DNA from: Bdellovibrionales bacterium
Lineage (GTDB): Bacteria > Bdellovibrionota > Bdellovibrionia > Bdellovibrionales > JAMPXM01
NCBI GenBank assembly: GCA_043739185.1
Contig: JAYUEN010000094.1
Span: forward strand, 1-56,216
Reading direction: 5' to 3'
Length of the DNA: 56,216 nt
Part shown: piece after piece, positions 47,838-56,216 of the stretch
How positions within the stretch are numbered: position 1 is the first letter of the stretch
Layout: each line of letters begins with the position of its first letter
Notes under the pieces: model-generated
Told to the model about the DNA's origin: nothing
The model's database searches: none
What the model saw: only the letters and a program-made list of their open reading frames with translations
Position numbers and translations under genes: made by a program

Positions 47838-47955
47838 GACAAAGCCAAAAAACTAGACCTATAGGCAGCTCAACGTTGATCTTCAGCTTTTTCGCGTCTA
47901 GGATAAAGACCTCAGAAGAGCTCCAAGTTCCCACGCATCTAAATGAAAGGTCTCT

Positions 47956-48447
47956 ATGAAAAAATCCATTATCTCGCTTCTCGCGCTTTTAAATTTAAGC
48001 GCCGTTTTGTCCATAGATGCGAAGGCAAATGATGCCGGATGTGGCATCGGGTCGATGGTTCTTCAAAAGAATTCAAAACTTTCGCAATTATTGGCGGTAA
48101 CCGTCAATATCACTACCTTTACCGAAGTTTTTGGCATCACCTCCGGAACTTCAAATTGCAGTGCAAGCGGAATCGTATTTCGCGAAAAAGAGGCCAGTGT
48201 TTTTGCCGAAGCGAACTTACCAAATTTAAAAATTGAAATGGCTCGAGGAGAGGGCGAATCTCTTGCGGCTTTCGCTGCACTATTAGGATGCCAATCGTCT
48301 GACGTAAAAGTTTTTGGCGAAATGACTCGAAATCGATACGAATATATTTTTTCGGATCGCAATAATTCGCCGCAAGAATTTTTAAAGTCCATTCAAAATG
48401 AAGTGACTCACGATTCTTACTTGAGCGCTCGTTGCAAATCTAGCTAA
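47956..48447 (+). CDS. DUF3015 family protein
   Basis: AGCGIGS, FGITSGTSNC, EMARGEGESL, LLGC. Confidence 0.92.
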   Translation: MKKSIISLLALLNLSAVLSIDAKANDAGCGIGSMVLQKNSKLSQLLAVTVNITTFTEVFGITSGTSNCSASGIVFREKEASVFAEANLPNLKIEMARGEGESLAAFAALLGCQSSDVKVFGEMTRNRYEYIFSDRNNSPQEFLKSIQNEVTHDSYLSARCKSS

Positions 48448-48452
48448 TTCAA

Positions 48453-50375
48453 TTGATCTTAAAAAAGTGCTTTTTTATTTTCGAGAATTTTAAATTGCTG
48501 CCCATTATCGCCTTAGTCTTTCTTTTTGCTCCGAGCTTCGGCCACCCTGATGAGTATCATGAGATCGCCCATTCAAAATACTTCAAACTTTTATTACACT
48601 ATCGAGAAAGTGCTTGGGCGCCTGCGCGCAGTGAAGCCGATGGTCCTGAGTTTTTTCTCAGCCCCAAAGGCAAATTTGATTTGGATGCTGAGCTTTCTGC
48701 TTCACTTATTGCCTTCGCCGATGAAAAGGCCAAAGGCGTCGGACCACTCAAACAACATCCACAATGTGCATTTCCTGAGAGATTTCGTTTTATAAAAGAG
48801 CAAACTCATCTTCATTTTCATGAACAAGATTGCTCAGAGTACAAAGCTTGGCGCGACAAACTGCGCGCTCGCTCCGTGACCTTGGTTTATGCGGCTCCTT
48901 TTTTGGGAAGCCCTTCATCTATGTTTGGTCATAGCTTTTTGAGAATTGATCATCGCGACAATACTCTTCTTGATTACGGCATTAGCTTTGAAGCTCTCAC
49001 TGGTCCCGATCCTGGTTTCTTGTATGCACTTAAAGGCCTAACCGGTGTCTACCCTGGCTATTTTTCCCAAATGCCCTATTTTCTAAAAGTAAATACCTAC
49101 TCAAATGTCGATAGTCGAGACTTATGGGAATATGAACTCAACCTCAATGAAGAGCAAATCTCTCATATGCTAGATCATCTCTGGGAACTGGGAACGACCT
49201 ATTTTGACTACTATTTTTTCAATAAAAATTGCTCTTACCAATTGCTATCTTTGATTGAAGTAGCCAATCCACTGCTTGAGCTACGAAAACAATTTGGCGC
49301 CATGAGCATTCCCATTGATACGATCCGAGTACTCAATCAGTATCCGGGACTGATTCGAACCAGAACATTTAGGCCTTCTCTGCTCAAAAATTTACGAGCA
49401 AGTATTGCCCAATTTAAACCTGAAGAACGAAAAAGATTTTTTGAGCTGCGAAATGATCTATCAAGTCTGAATGACAAAGAAGAACCAAGGCTGCTCGATG
49501 CACTCTTGGATTTGCAAATGTATGAATCCTTAAACTCTTCAATAACTCTTAAGGACACAAATCAAAAAATAGATTCCAAACTTCTTTTAGCGAGAGCCAA
49601 AAGCACTCTGCCAATTGGTGTACGAACACCTACAGTTTCTCAAGCTGACTCAGAACTTAAGCTTAACTTGAATCAAGGTGCACCCGAATTTGGCCATAAA
49701 TCCTCAAAGCTTGGCTTTGGATTTGGACAATATAATGATAAAAATCTCATTGGCTTTGAATTCAGACCTGCGATTCATGACTTGCTTGACTCAGATCAAG
49801 GCTATGTTCGGAACTCAAGCCTCATCATTGCTCAAACTCGTCTGAGTTACCTCAATGACGAAAAGCTCTTAAGACTTGAAGAATTCAAATTAGCCGAAGT
49901 CACTAACTTTTCACCTTTCACCCGACTTGAAAAAAACATTTCTTGGTTAATAGGTAGTAAAATTTTTCATCCAAACGACTTGGACTGTTTGAATTGCGAA
50001 AATGCTCAGTTCTATGCGGGGGCCGGACTAAGCTTCAGCATTTTGAGAGACCGCGTTTTGCTTTATACGCTTGCAAAAGCTTATCTTGAAGCCAAACGCT
50101 TCGCACCTGTTTTTGAAATGGGTGCCATTGGCTCCTTCGGAAGTAAATTCAAAGGCCTCGTTTCATTTGAAAGACGTTGGTATTTTCCGCACGATATTCG
50201 CAGTGACTTAAATGTTTTTAAATTCGAAGCCTCTCAAGAGTTTACAGATTTTCAAATACTCATTGAATTGCAAAGTCTCAATTTCACCGATCAAATTTCG
50301 CCGCAAACCAGCCAAGGCAATTTTCAAACAAATATTCAGACAAATAGTCTCTTGAGCCTCGCTCATTATTACTGA
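48453..50375 (+). CDS. DUF4105 domain protein (His/Cys catalytic-type N-domain + C-terminal beta-barrel)
   Basis: QCAFPERF, PSSMFGHSFLRI, RDLWEYELNL, FDYYFFNKNCSY, RPAIHDLLD; C-terminal aromatic residue. Confidence 0.92.
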   Translation: MILKKCFFIFENFKLLPIIALVFLFAPSFGHPDEYHEIAHSKYFKLLLHYRESAWAPARSEADGPEFFLSPKGKFDLDAELSASLIAFADEKAKGVGPLKQHPQCAFPERFRFIKEQTHLHFHEQDCSEYKAWRDKLRARSVTLVYAAPFLGSPSSMFGHSFLRIDHRDNTLLDYGISFEALTGPDPGFLYALKGLTGVYPGYFSQMPYFLKVNTYSNVDSRDLWEYELNLNEEQISHMLDHLWELGTTYFDYYFFNKNCSYQLLSLIEVANPLLELRKQFGAMSIPIDTIRVLNQYPGLIRTRTFRPSLLKNLRASIAQFKPEERKRFFELRNDLSSLNDKEEPRLLDALLDLQMYESLNSSITLKDTNQKIDSKLLLARAKSTLPIGVRTPTVSQADSELKLNLNQGAPEFGHKSSKLGFGFGQYNDKNLIGFEFRPAIHDLLDSDQGYVRNSSLIIAQTRLSYLNDEKLLRLEEFKLAEVTNFSPFTRLEKNISWLIGSKIFHPNDLDCLNCENAQFYAGAGLSFSILRDRVLLYTLAKAYLEAKRFAPVFEMGAIGSFGSKFKGLVSFERRWYFPHDIRSDLNVFKFEASQEFTDFQILIELQSLNFTDQISPQTSQGNFQTNIQTNSLLSLAHYY

Positions 50376-50410
50376 ATCAGAGGTTCTAGTGCATTCTGAT
50401 CGTTACCAGC

Positions 50411-50426
50411 TGGCAACAAATTTGCT
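50411..50426 (+). promoter_or_regulatory. sigma54 -24/-12 promoter
   Basis: TGGCAACAAATTTGCT, about 43 bp upstream of ATG 50469. Confidence 0.65.
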
Positions 50427-50468
50427 TCACGAAATGTGAGTTCATTCACTACAAACTGGGAGAATTTT

Positions 50469-50768
50469 ATGACAGCGGCTATCAAAACTTTTATAATGAA
50501 TACCGAGGCAATTGAAGAATCAGACTTCGGTGATTTTATGCGTAGAGAAAATTTGTATCTGGCAGATTTGAAAACCGCCCTCGAGAATCAAATGTCAGAA
50601 AAGCTAAAAGCGAAGCTAGAGGAAATGCAAAAATACCTTCAATTCAATCCTGATTGGAACTTAAATCAAACCAAGCATCAGGTCTTAAAAGACGCTAGTG
50701 AACTTGAAAATCTCATCGATCAAAACCCGTCAAAAAATATGCAAGAGAACTCAATTCTCTTTTTTTAA
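50469..50768 (+). CDS. Small helical hypothetical protein
   Basis: GGGAG SD before ATG 50469; 99 aa; sigma54 motif upstream. Confidence 0.65.
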   Translation: MTAAIKTFIMNTEAIEESDFGDFMRRENLYLADLKTALENQMSEKLKAKLEEMQKYLQFNPDWNLNQTKHQVLKDASELENLIDQNPSKNMQENSILFF

Positions 50769-50794
50769 AAAAAATTGAGTCCTACTAGGCAATA

Positions 50795-52132
50795 TTACTT
50801 TTGATCGTCGTATGATGTATTTTGAAAATTAATAGTGTACGCATTATTAAAAAGCCGATCCATATTGAGTTCAACTTTTATGGTTGTTCCCTTATTAAAG
50901 GTATCGACAGCTTCTTGAAAGTTCATTCTGCCGAGCCTGAGATAGAGTGTATCGCCAGACTTCTGCATCAGATCTGCAGGCATCAATCCGTCATAAACCT
51001 TATGAAAGCCCAAAATAAATCGTTTACGATAGATATTGAGTCGGATCGTGTCTTTTAACAAATCCTGGCGTAGGGATTTGTCTTTAATACTTAAAACAAC
51101 ATCCTGGGCAGTCCCTTCAAGCTTAACCTCAAGTTGCTTCAATTCCTCACGGTGATAAGCTTCGTTTACAGAAAGTACCAATTGCCCCGGGCTTTGATTC
51201 AATTGAGTTAAAAATACGTCATCGCCTTCAATGACTGCACTGGTAAATCCAGTTTGCAATTTAGTTGAAACCATATTTTGAGCAAAAGAAGCAAGCTCTC
51301 GCTGTGCCTTCCAAATGACGCTGATGTTTTGTTCAGCTCTTTCTCTGAAATTGAAATAAGTGTCATTTAATCGCGAACCGCCGGCAAACAAAGTCGATGC
51401 CCCTGATCTGGTATCAAAAATATTCTCTGTAAGACTAACTGAGGCAGATGGCATAAGCGCCGCAAAATTAATTTTCTCAGATGGATGATCCCCTTGAAGT
51501 CTCTGAGCTGACTTAATCAACGTAAGTGTTCCATTATTTCCCGAAATTCCGTTTCGTCCCGAAGAAGTTGAAAATCCGTTATCTCCGTCTCGGCAATCAT
51601 GAAATACTTTTTCACAAATTTTAACTGGCTTTCCATCCTTGTCTTTCTTTTCCGTACAACGCGCGACTTCCCAGCGCCGCTGCTCACACTGGCAACCTCG
51701 TCCCGCACGACCGGCGCGCGCGCCCCTGCCACCTTCTCCGCCGATAGCAGAGATGAGTATATTTTTGAGCTGACCAATATCTTGGTAGTAAATGGTTGGA
51801 TTACCTGCTTGGCCGCCACTTCCGCCATCACCGCCTTTTCCGGCGTTACCACCGTCAGCTCCAAGCAAATCAAAATCGGCTAATTTTTGAAAACAGCCAT
51901 AGGCATTCTGACCATCTTCACCATCTAGCGCGTCGCCGCCGCGAGTTCCATCGAGATTGATCAATTGCTGGCCGCCAGTAGCGAAGTATTCAAATGATGG
52001 GCCCGATATGCCGGTAAGTCCCGACGAGCCACTTCTTCCGTCTCTTCCTGAAAAACCAAAGCGTTCTCTGCCTTGAGCATTTGTATTCAGTGCAAATAGA
52101 GAAAGCAAAATAAGAAAATATTTCATCAACAT
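50795..52132 (-). CDS. Secreted Gly-rich (interrupted G-x-x, collagen-like) protein
   Basis: Signal peptide; five short G-x-x runs separated by beta-strands and Cys; globular C-terminal half. Confidence 0.82.
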   Translation of the reverse strand: MLMKYFLILLSLFALNTNAQGRERFGFSGRDGRSGSSGLTGISGPSFEYFATGGQQLINLDGTRGGDALDGEDGQNAYGCFQKLADFDLLGADGGNAGKGGDGGSGGQAGNPTIYYQDIGQLKNILISAIGGEGGRGARAGRAGRGCQCEQRRWEVARCTEKKDKDGKPVKICEKVFHDCRDGDNGFSTSSGRNGISGNNGTLTLIKSAQRLQGDHPSEKINFAALMPSASVSLTENIFDTRSGASTLFAGGSRLNDTYFNFRERAEQNISVIWKAQRELASFAQNMVSTKLQTGFTSAVIEGDDVFLTQLNQSPGQLVLSVNEAYHREELKQLEVKLEGTAQDVVLSIKDKSLRQDLLKDTIRLNIYRKRFILGFHKVYDGLMPADLMQKSGDTLYLRLGRMNFQEAVDTFNKGTTIKVELNMDRLFNNAYTINFQNTSYDDQK

Positions 52133-52154
52133 AAAGTCTCCTAGGGCTTTTTAG

Positions 52155-52162
52155 TTATCGGC
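52155..52162 (-). promoter_or_regulatory. sigma28/FliA -10 element
   Basis: Perfect GCCGATAA 23 bp upstream of ATG 52132; -35 element unclear. Confidence 0.5.
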
Positions 52163-52234
52163 TTAGAAACCGAATTCGACTCTAGTTCAAAATTTATTGG
52201 AGTACCAGTGCTTCGATACGAAAGTCTCTAGTTT

Positions 52235-55200
52235 TTAATGATTAGCTGCAAGGCGTTCTTCATTGGCCAAAGTTTTTAGTGAAGACTTAAGTTCTTCGTC
52301 ATGAGTTTTACTTTCTAACTTAGAGAAAAGGCTATATGCGCAGGGAACCACAAAGAGCGTTAAAAAGGTCGAAACCAAAACGCCACCAATTACTGCAATT
52401 GCCATAGGTCGAATGATTTCTGAACCTGAACCACGAGCAAAGGCCGAAGGAATTGCGCCTGCGATCGTTGCAAAAGATGTCATCAATATGGGACGTAGCC
52501 GTACCGGACAAGCCTCAATCAGAGCATCATGAACATCAAAGCCCTCTGCTCTTTTATGATTTGTAAACTCAACCAATAAAATTGAATTCTTCTTTACGAT
52601 TCCCATCAAAAGTAAAATTCCGATGACGCTGTAAATATTCAAAGATGTATCGGAAATTGCCATTGCAAGCAATGCTCCGGTCAAACTAAAAGGCAGGGCA
52701 AGTAAGATAACAATGGGATGTAAAAAACTATTAAACTGCGATGCCAAGACCATATAGGCGACAAAAATTCCTAGTAACATAGCGATCCCGAGACTAGACA
52801 TTGAATCCCCAAAGGCCTGCGAATTTCCCGATAACACTAAATGATAGCCCTCGGGCAATACCTCTTTAGCCGTTTGTTTTACATAGTTCATCACATCTGA
52901 TTGCGATTTTCCGGCAATGAAGCTGCCGAAAACCCCAATAGCTCGCTCGCGATTATAACGAGTGATGGTGAGCAGTGTGCTGCCTTCTTTTGTAGTTATC
53001 AAATCGCTGAGTGGAACTTGCCATCCCATTGAATTTCGCACATTGATCCCCTTGAGATCCATGGCCCCTTTGTTTTCCTCAGGACTAAGTTTCATTTGAA
53101 TATCCACTCGATGCCCGGAAGCATCCGTATATTTATTTGGCAAAAGTTTCATACCGCCGACAAGAGCTGAAATGGTATTTGATATATTTGAAACTGCCAC
53201 GCCCCGAAGTGCGGCCCGAGCACGATCGGGATAAACTTCGGTCTCAGGCATATTGGGATTATAATCGGAATCAATATCGGCCATCAAGCCACTCTCACTT
53301 AGTTTCTTTCGCATATTCAAAGAGTATTCGGCAAGCTTGGCCCACTCAGGCCCTTGAATTTCAAATTCAATGGGATATCCTCTTTGCGCACTCATGCCTG
53401 TTAGCGAAAGATCTAGAATAGCCACACGCTGCACATTCGGAAGTTTTTGGAGTTCACCGCGAATATATTGCATCAACTCCTGCTGTGTTGGCTGTTTTGT
53501 AAAAGGAGGTTTTACGGGCCTTTTGCCGATGTCCTTTAAAGTTACAAAAGTGATTCCTTGATTGACTAAGCCGCCTCCGAATCCGCCCACGACCACATAA
53601 TAACTCTCAATTTCTGGCCTCGAGGCGTATACTTTTTCAGCGTCTTTAAATACGCCGTCTGTTAGCCGCATCGAAGAACCCATTTTGGTATAGAGAGTGA
53701 CAAGGAATCGGCTCTGATCCTGGGGTGGAATAAATTCTTTTCGCAAATGTTTAAAACTTGCTAACGAGGCGCCAAACAAAGCGAAGGACAAAAGAATAAT
53801 CGACCAACGCCATTTCAGACAAAAATGCAGAGAGCTTCGGTAGAGAAGGGTCAGCCGATCCATGCCACGACTGACACCGGTTGTAATAAAGTTTTCGGAG
53901 CGTACTTTGAGAAACTGCGAACATCGCATCGGCGCAAGCGTGAGTGCTTCTAAAAGTGAAATAGAAACGGCAACAGAAATTGTAACTCCAAATTGAAAGA
54001 AGAATTTACCAATAACTCCATTCATGAAAACCACCGGCACAAAGATCGCAAGAATCGCAAGTGATGAGGCGACAGCGGCACCGGTAATCTCGCGAGCCCC
54101 AACCAGGGCCGCGAGCACTTTGTTTTTTCCCATCTCAACGTGACGAGTGATATTTTCTAAAACCATGATCGCATCATCTACCACAATTCCGATAGAGAGC
54201 GAGAGGCCGAGCAAAGTGAAACTATTGATAGTGAAGTCTGCAAATTTTAAAACAATAAACGAGCCGATTAACGAAACTGGGATTGCCAAAATAACGTTGA
54301 ACGCCGAGCTCATAGTTCCTAAAAACAAATAACAGACAATTGAGGTCAACAAAACCGATAGCAAAAGTGTAAACAATAGTTCATTTACAGAGTCTTTGAT
54401 GAATTTCGTAGCATCTGTTACGATTTCCATCCCCATACCTTTGGGCAAAACCTCTCTTAAGCTTTCAATTTTTTTCCGAACTGCATTGCCAATCGAAACG
54501 GCATTGGTACCACGCTGCTTTATAATTCCGACACCGATTGTTGGTTCAATGCCACGGTAGCGAGAAAGCTTTCTGACCTCATCAGTAGCCTCCTCACATC
54601 TTGCAACTTCACCAATTTTAATTACCTTGTAAACTGGCATTCCCAGTCGGGCCGGTATAACTAAATCTTCACATTGCTTTGCGTTTTCAAATTCAGAGTG
54701 AACCCGCACATAAGTTTCTTTTGGCCCATCGTCTTGGTAGCCTGTTGGTGCGAGCTGATGTTCATTATTGACGGCGCTCATAATATCTAAAACAGTAATG
54801 TCCTTTTTTGCCATTTTTTCTTTGTTTGCCCAAATTCTCATTTGAGGCTCAACATAGCCGCCCAAGGTGACATCCCCGACGCCATTAACGGTGGTCAGAG
54901 CGTCCTTTAAATGGTCGCGAATAAAAAGTGCCAACTCACGAAGGCTTGCTTTCGTACTAAAAACCGCCGCCCACATTATTGGCTGATCCCCTGGATTTGT
55001 TTTCGTTATAATAGGGGGATCAATGGTATTCGGCAGATTTCTTTGCGCTTGAGAAACCTTAGATTGCACTTGCTGCAAAGCCACATTGATATCTTGTTCA
55101 AGCGCAAATTGAATAGAGATTTGCGCCAGACTTTGTTGCGAAGTCGACTGCACCAATTGAACTCCATCAACGCTCATGACGGCATTTTCAATGATATCTG

Positions 55201-55390
55201 CAACTGCAGTCTCCATAACATCGGGAGAAGCCCCGGCCCAACTAACTGAAATTGAAACCACAGGAAAATCGACATCAGGAAGCTGACTAATTCCCATCGA
55301 AAGATAGCAAATGGCACCAAAAACCAATAGGCTGGCCATCAGCATCCAAGCGAAAACTGGTTTTTTAATGGCAATATCTGAAAGTGTCAT
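52235..55390 (-). CDS. RND efflux permease (AcrB/MdtB family)
   Basis: PDVDFP, VVDDAIMVLEN, VKKNSILLVEF, RLRPILMTS; 1051 aa. Confidence 0.96.
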   Translation of the reverse strand: MTLSDIAIKKPVFAWMLMASLLVFGAICYLSMGISQLPDVDFPVVSISVSWAGASPDVMETAVADIIENAVMSVDGVQLVQSTSQQSLAQISIQFALEQDINVALQQVQSKVSQAQRNLPNTIDPPIITKTNPGDQPIMWAAVFSTKASLRELALFIRDHLKDALTTVNGVGDVTLGGYVEPQMRIWANKEKMAKKDITVLDIMSAVNNEHQLAPTGYQDDGPKETYVRVHSEFENAKQCEDLVIPARLGMPVYKVIKIGEVARCEEATDEVRKLSRYRGIEPTIGVGIIKQRGTNAVSIGNAVRKKIESLREVLPKGMGMEIVTDATKFIKDSVNELLFTLLLSVLLTSIVCYLFLGTMSSAFNVILAIPVSLIGSFIVLKFADFTINSFTLLGLSLSIGIVVDDAIMVLENITRHVEMGKNKVLAALVGAREITGAAVASSLAILAIFVPVVFMNGVIGKFFFQFGVTISVAVSISLLEALTLAPMRCSQFLKVRSENFITTGVSRGMDRLTLLYRSSLHFCLKWRWSIILLSFALFGASLASFKHLRKEFIPPQDQSRFLVTLYTKMGSSMRLTDGVFKDAEKVYASRPEIESYYVVVGGFGGGLVNQGITFVTLKDIGKRPVKPPFTKQPTQQELMQYIRGELQKLPNVQRVAILDLSLTGMSAQRGYPIEFEIQGPEWAKLAEYSLNMRKKLSESGLMADIDSDYNPNMPETEVYPDRARAALRGVAVSNISNTISALVGGMKLLPNKYTDASGHRVDIQMKLSPEENKGAMDLKGINVRNSMGWQVPLSDLITTKEGSTLLTITRYNRERAIGVFGSFIAGKSQSDVMNYVKQTAKEVLPEGYHLVLSGNSQAFGDSMSSLGIAMLLGIFVAYMVLASQFNSFLHPIVILLALPFSLTGALLAMAISDTSLNIYSVIGILLLMGIVKKNSILLVEFTNHKRAEGFDVHDALIEACPVRLRPILMTSFATIAGAIPSAFARGSGSEIIRPMAIAVIGGVLVSTFLTLFVVPCAYSLFSKLESKTHDEELKSSLKTLANEERLAANH

Positions 55391-55566
55391 TTAAACTCAT
55401 TTTATTTCTTTCACCCAAAAGGTCAACTTAAAGGAGTCAGAAGAAATTAATTAGTTGATAAAAAAAGTTTAAACACTTCCGAAAATATATAATTAGGGAC
55501 CAAACTAATTTTCGTATGCCCAGAGTCAAAACTAGGTTAGTCTAGTTGAAAATAGGAGAGGTTTTT

Positions 55567-56121
55567 ATGAAAGATTTTATTTTTGATAACTCAAAACAAT
55601 TTAAGCTCATGACTGGCGCCAGCCTGATACTTTGCATTTTAGGAATCAGTACCGCGTCCCGCGCCTCCGAACTCAAGGTAGGAGATCCAGCGCCTAGCTT
55701 TAATGCTAAAACCTTTGAAAATAAAGACTTCGAACTAAGTTCTCAAAAAGGTCACTATACCGTACTTTATTTTTATCCAAAAGCAGGCACTCCGGGTTGC
55801 ACCAAACAGGCCTGTGCCTTTCGCGACAATATTCAAAAAATAAAAGACCTCGGAGCAGAGGTATACGGCATCAGCGCAGACAGCGTTCAAGAACAGATGG
55901 ACTTTCATAAAAAACACAGCTTGGCTTTTACTCTTCTTGCCGACCCCGATGACAAGATTATCAATTCCTATGGCGCCAAAATGCCTTTATTAAAAATGTC
56001 TCGCCGCTGGACTTTTGTCCTAGACTCTGACCTCGTCATTCGCGCAATCGAAAAAGATGTAGACCCATCACTCGATGCTCAAAAAGTTGCGGATATTATT
56101 TTAAATTTAAAAAAGAAATAA
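55567..56121 (+). CDS. bcp: BCP/PrxQ peroxiredoxin with N-terminal export signal
   Basis: YFYPKAGTPGCTKQACAFRD, GISAD, LLAD; AGGAGAGG SD before ATG 55567. Confidence 0.92.
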   Translation: MKDFIFDNSKQFKLMTGASLILCILGISTASRASELKVGDPAPSFNAKTFENKDFELSSQKGHYTVLYFYPKAGTPGCTKQACAFRDNIQKIKDLGAEVYGISADSVQEQMDFHKKHSLAFTLLADPDDKIINSYGAKMPLLKMSRRWTFVLDSDLVIRAIEKDVDPSLDAQKVADIILNLKKK

Positions 56122-56216
56122 ACTGGGCCCTTAGACTGTAAAGGCTTAAAACTGGCCTGGGCTTTGCTTTTTGCTGGTCTGCATGAAGCGAGCTTGTTTT
56201 TGTTTTAAATCCACCA

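Noticed and set aside
1579..55917. Numerous 60-130 aa ORFs overlapping larger genes (e.g. 2531, 7439, 16542, 28496, 40380, 48063, 51517, 54911)
   Set aside because: Shadow frames of well-supported CDSs with no motifs.
56122..56216. Possible 3' end of a minus-strand gene at the right edge
   Set aside because: Two frames are open and there is too little sequence to choose between them.

Overview
A 56 kb, AT-rich, gene-dense bacterial chromosomal window. It is most likely from a Bdellovibrionota-type organism; this is inferred from a TIGR02147/DUF4423 gene, Cys-rich prepilins, F-x-N-C lipoprotein signals and a GGxVGNG N-terminus. Contents in order: an orphan HUH/Y1 (RAYT-like) transposase; a THUMP RNA methyltransferase, OM barrel, alpha/beta hydrolase, M14 carboxypeptidase and mutM; a secreted-protein gene broken by one in-frame TGA; a 12-blade NHL lipoprotein; a chaperone-usher (Csu/spore-coat-U type) pilus locus; TIGR02147 plus an HExxH protein; three type IV pilin-like genes sharing a Cys-rich domain, one a 1041-aa adhesin-like protein with a Gly/Asn insert; alpha-2-macroglobulin-pbpC; a prolyl oligopeptidase; a DUF4214 beta-helix lipoprotein; a phosphorelay island; DUF4019, a GT-C glycosyltransferase and DUF3015-DUF4105; a Gly-rich secreted protein; an orphan RND permease; and a BCP peroxiredoxin. 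I found no rRNA, tRNA, CRISPR array or reverse transcriptase. The best candidate for a new system is 38.5-44.8 kb. There, three sigma54 promoters and a candidate enhancer precede a general-stress-like protein and two proteins with HPF/RaiA-like (ribosome hibernation) topology, one fused to a receiver domain, within a hybrid kinase/Hpt/NtrC-type relay. Across the window, candidate promoters split into a sigma54 set (8 sites) and a FliA/sigma28 set (4-5 sites, mostly surface-appendage genes, several apparently leaderless). All family and fold calls come from reading motifs by eye; no searches were run.
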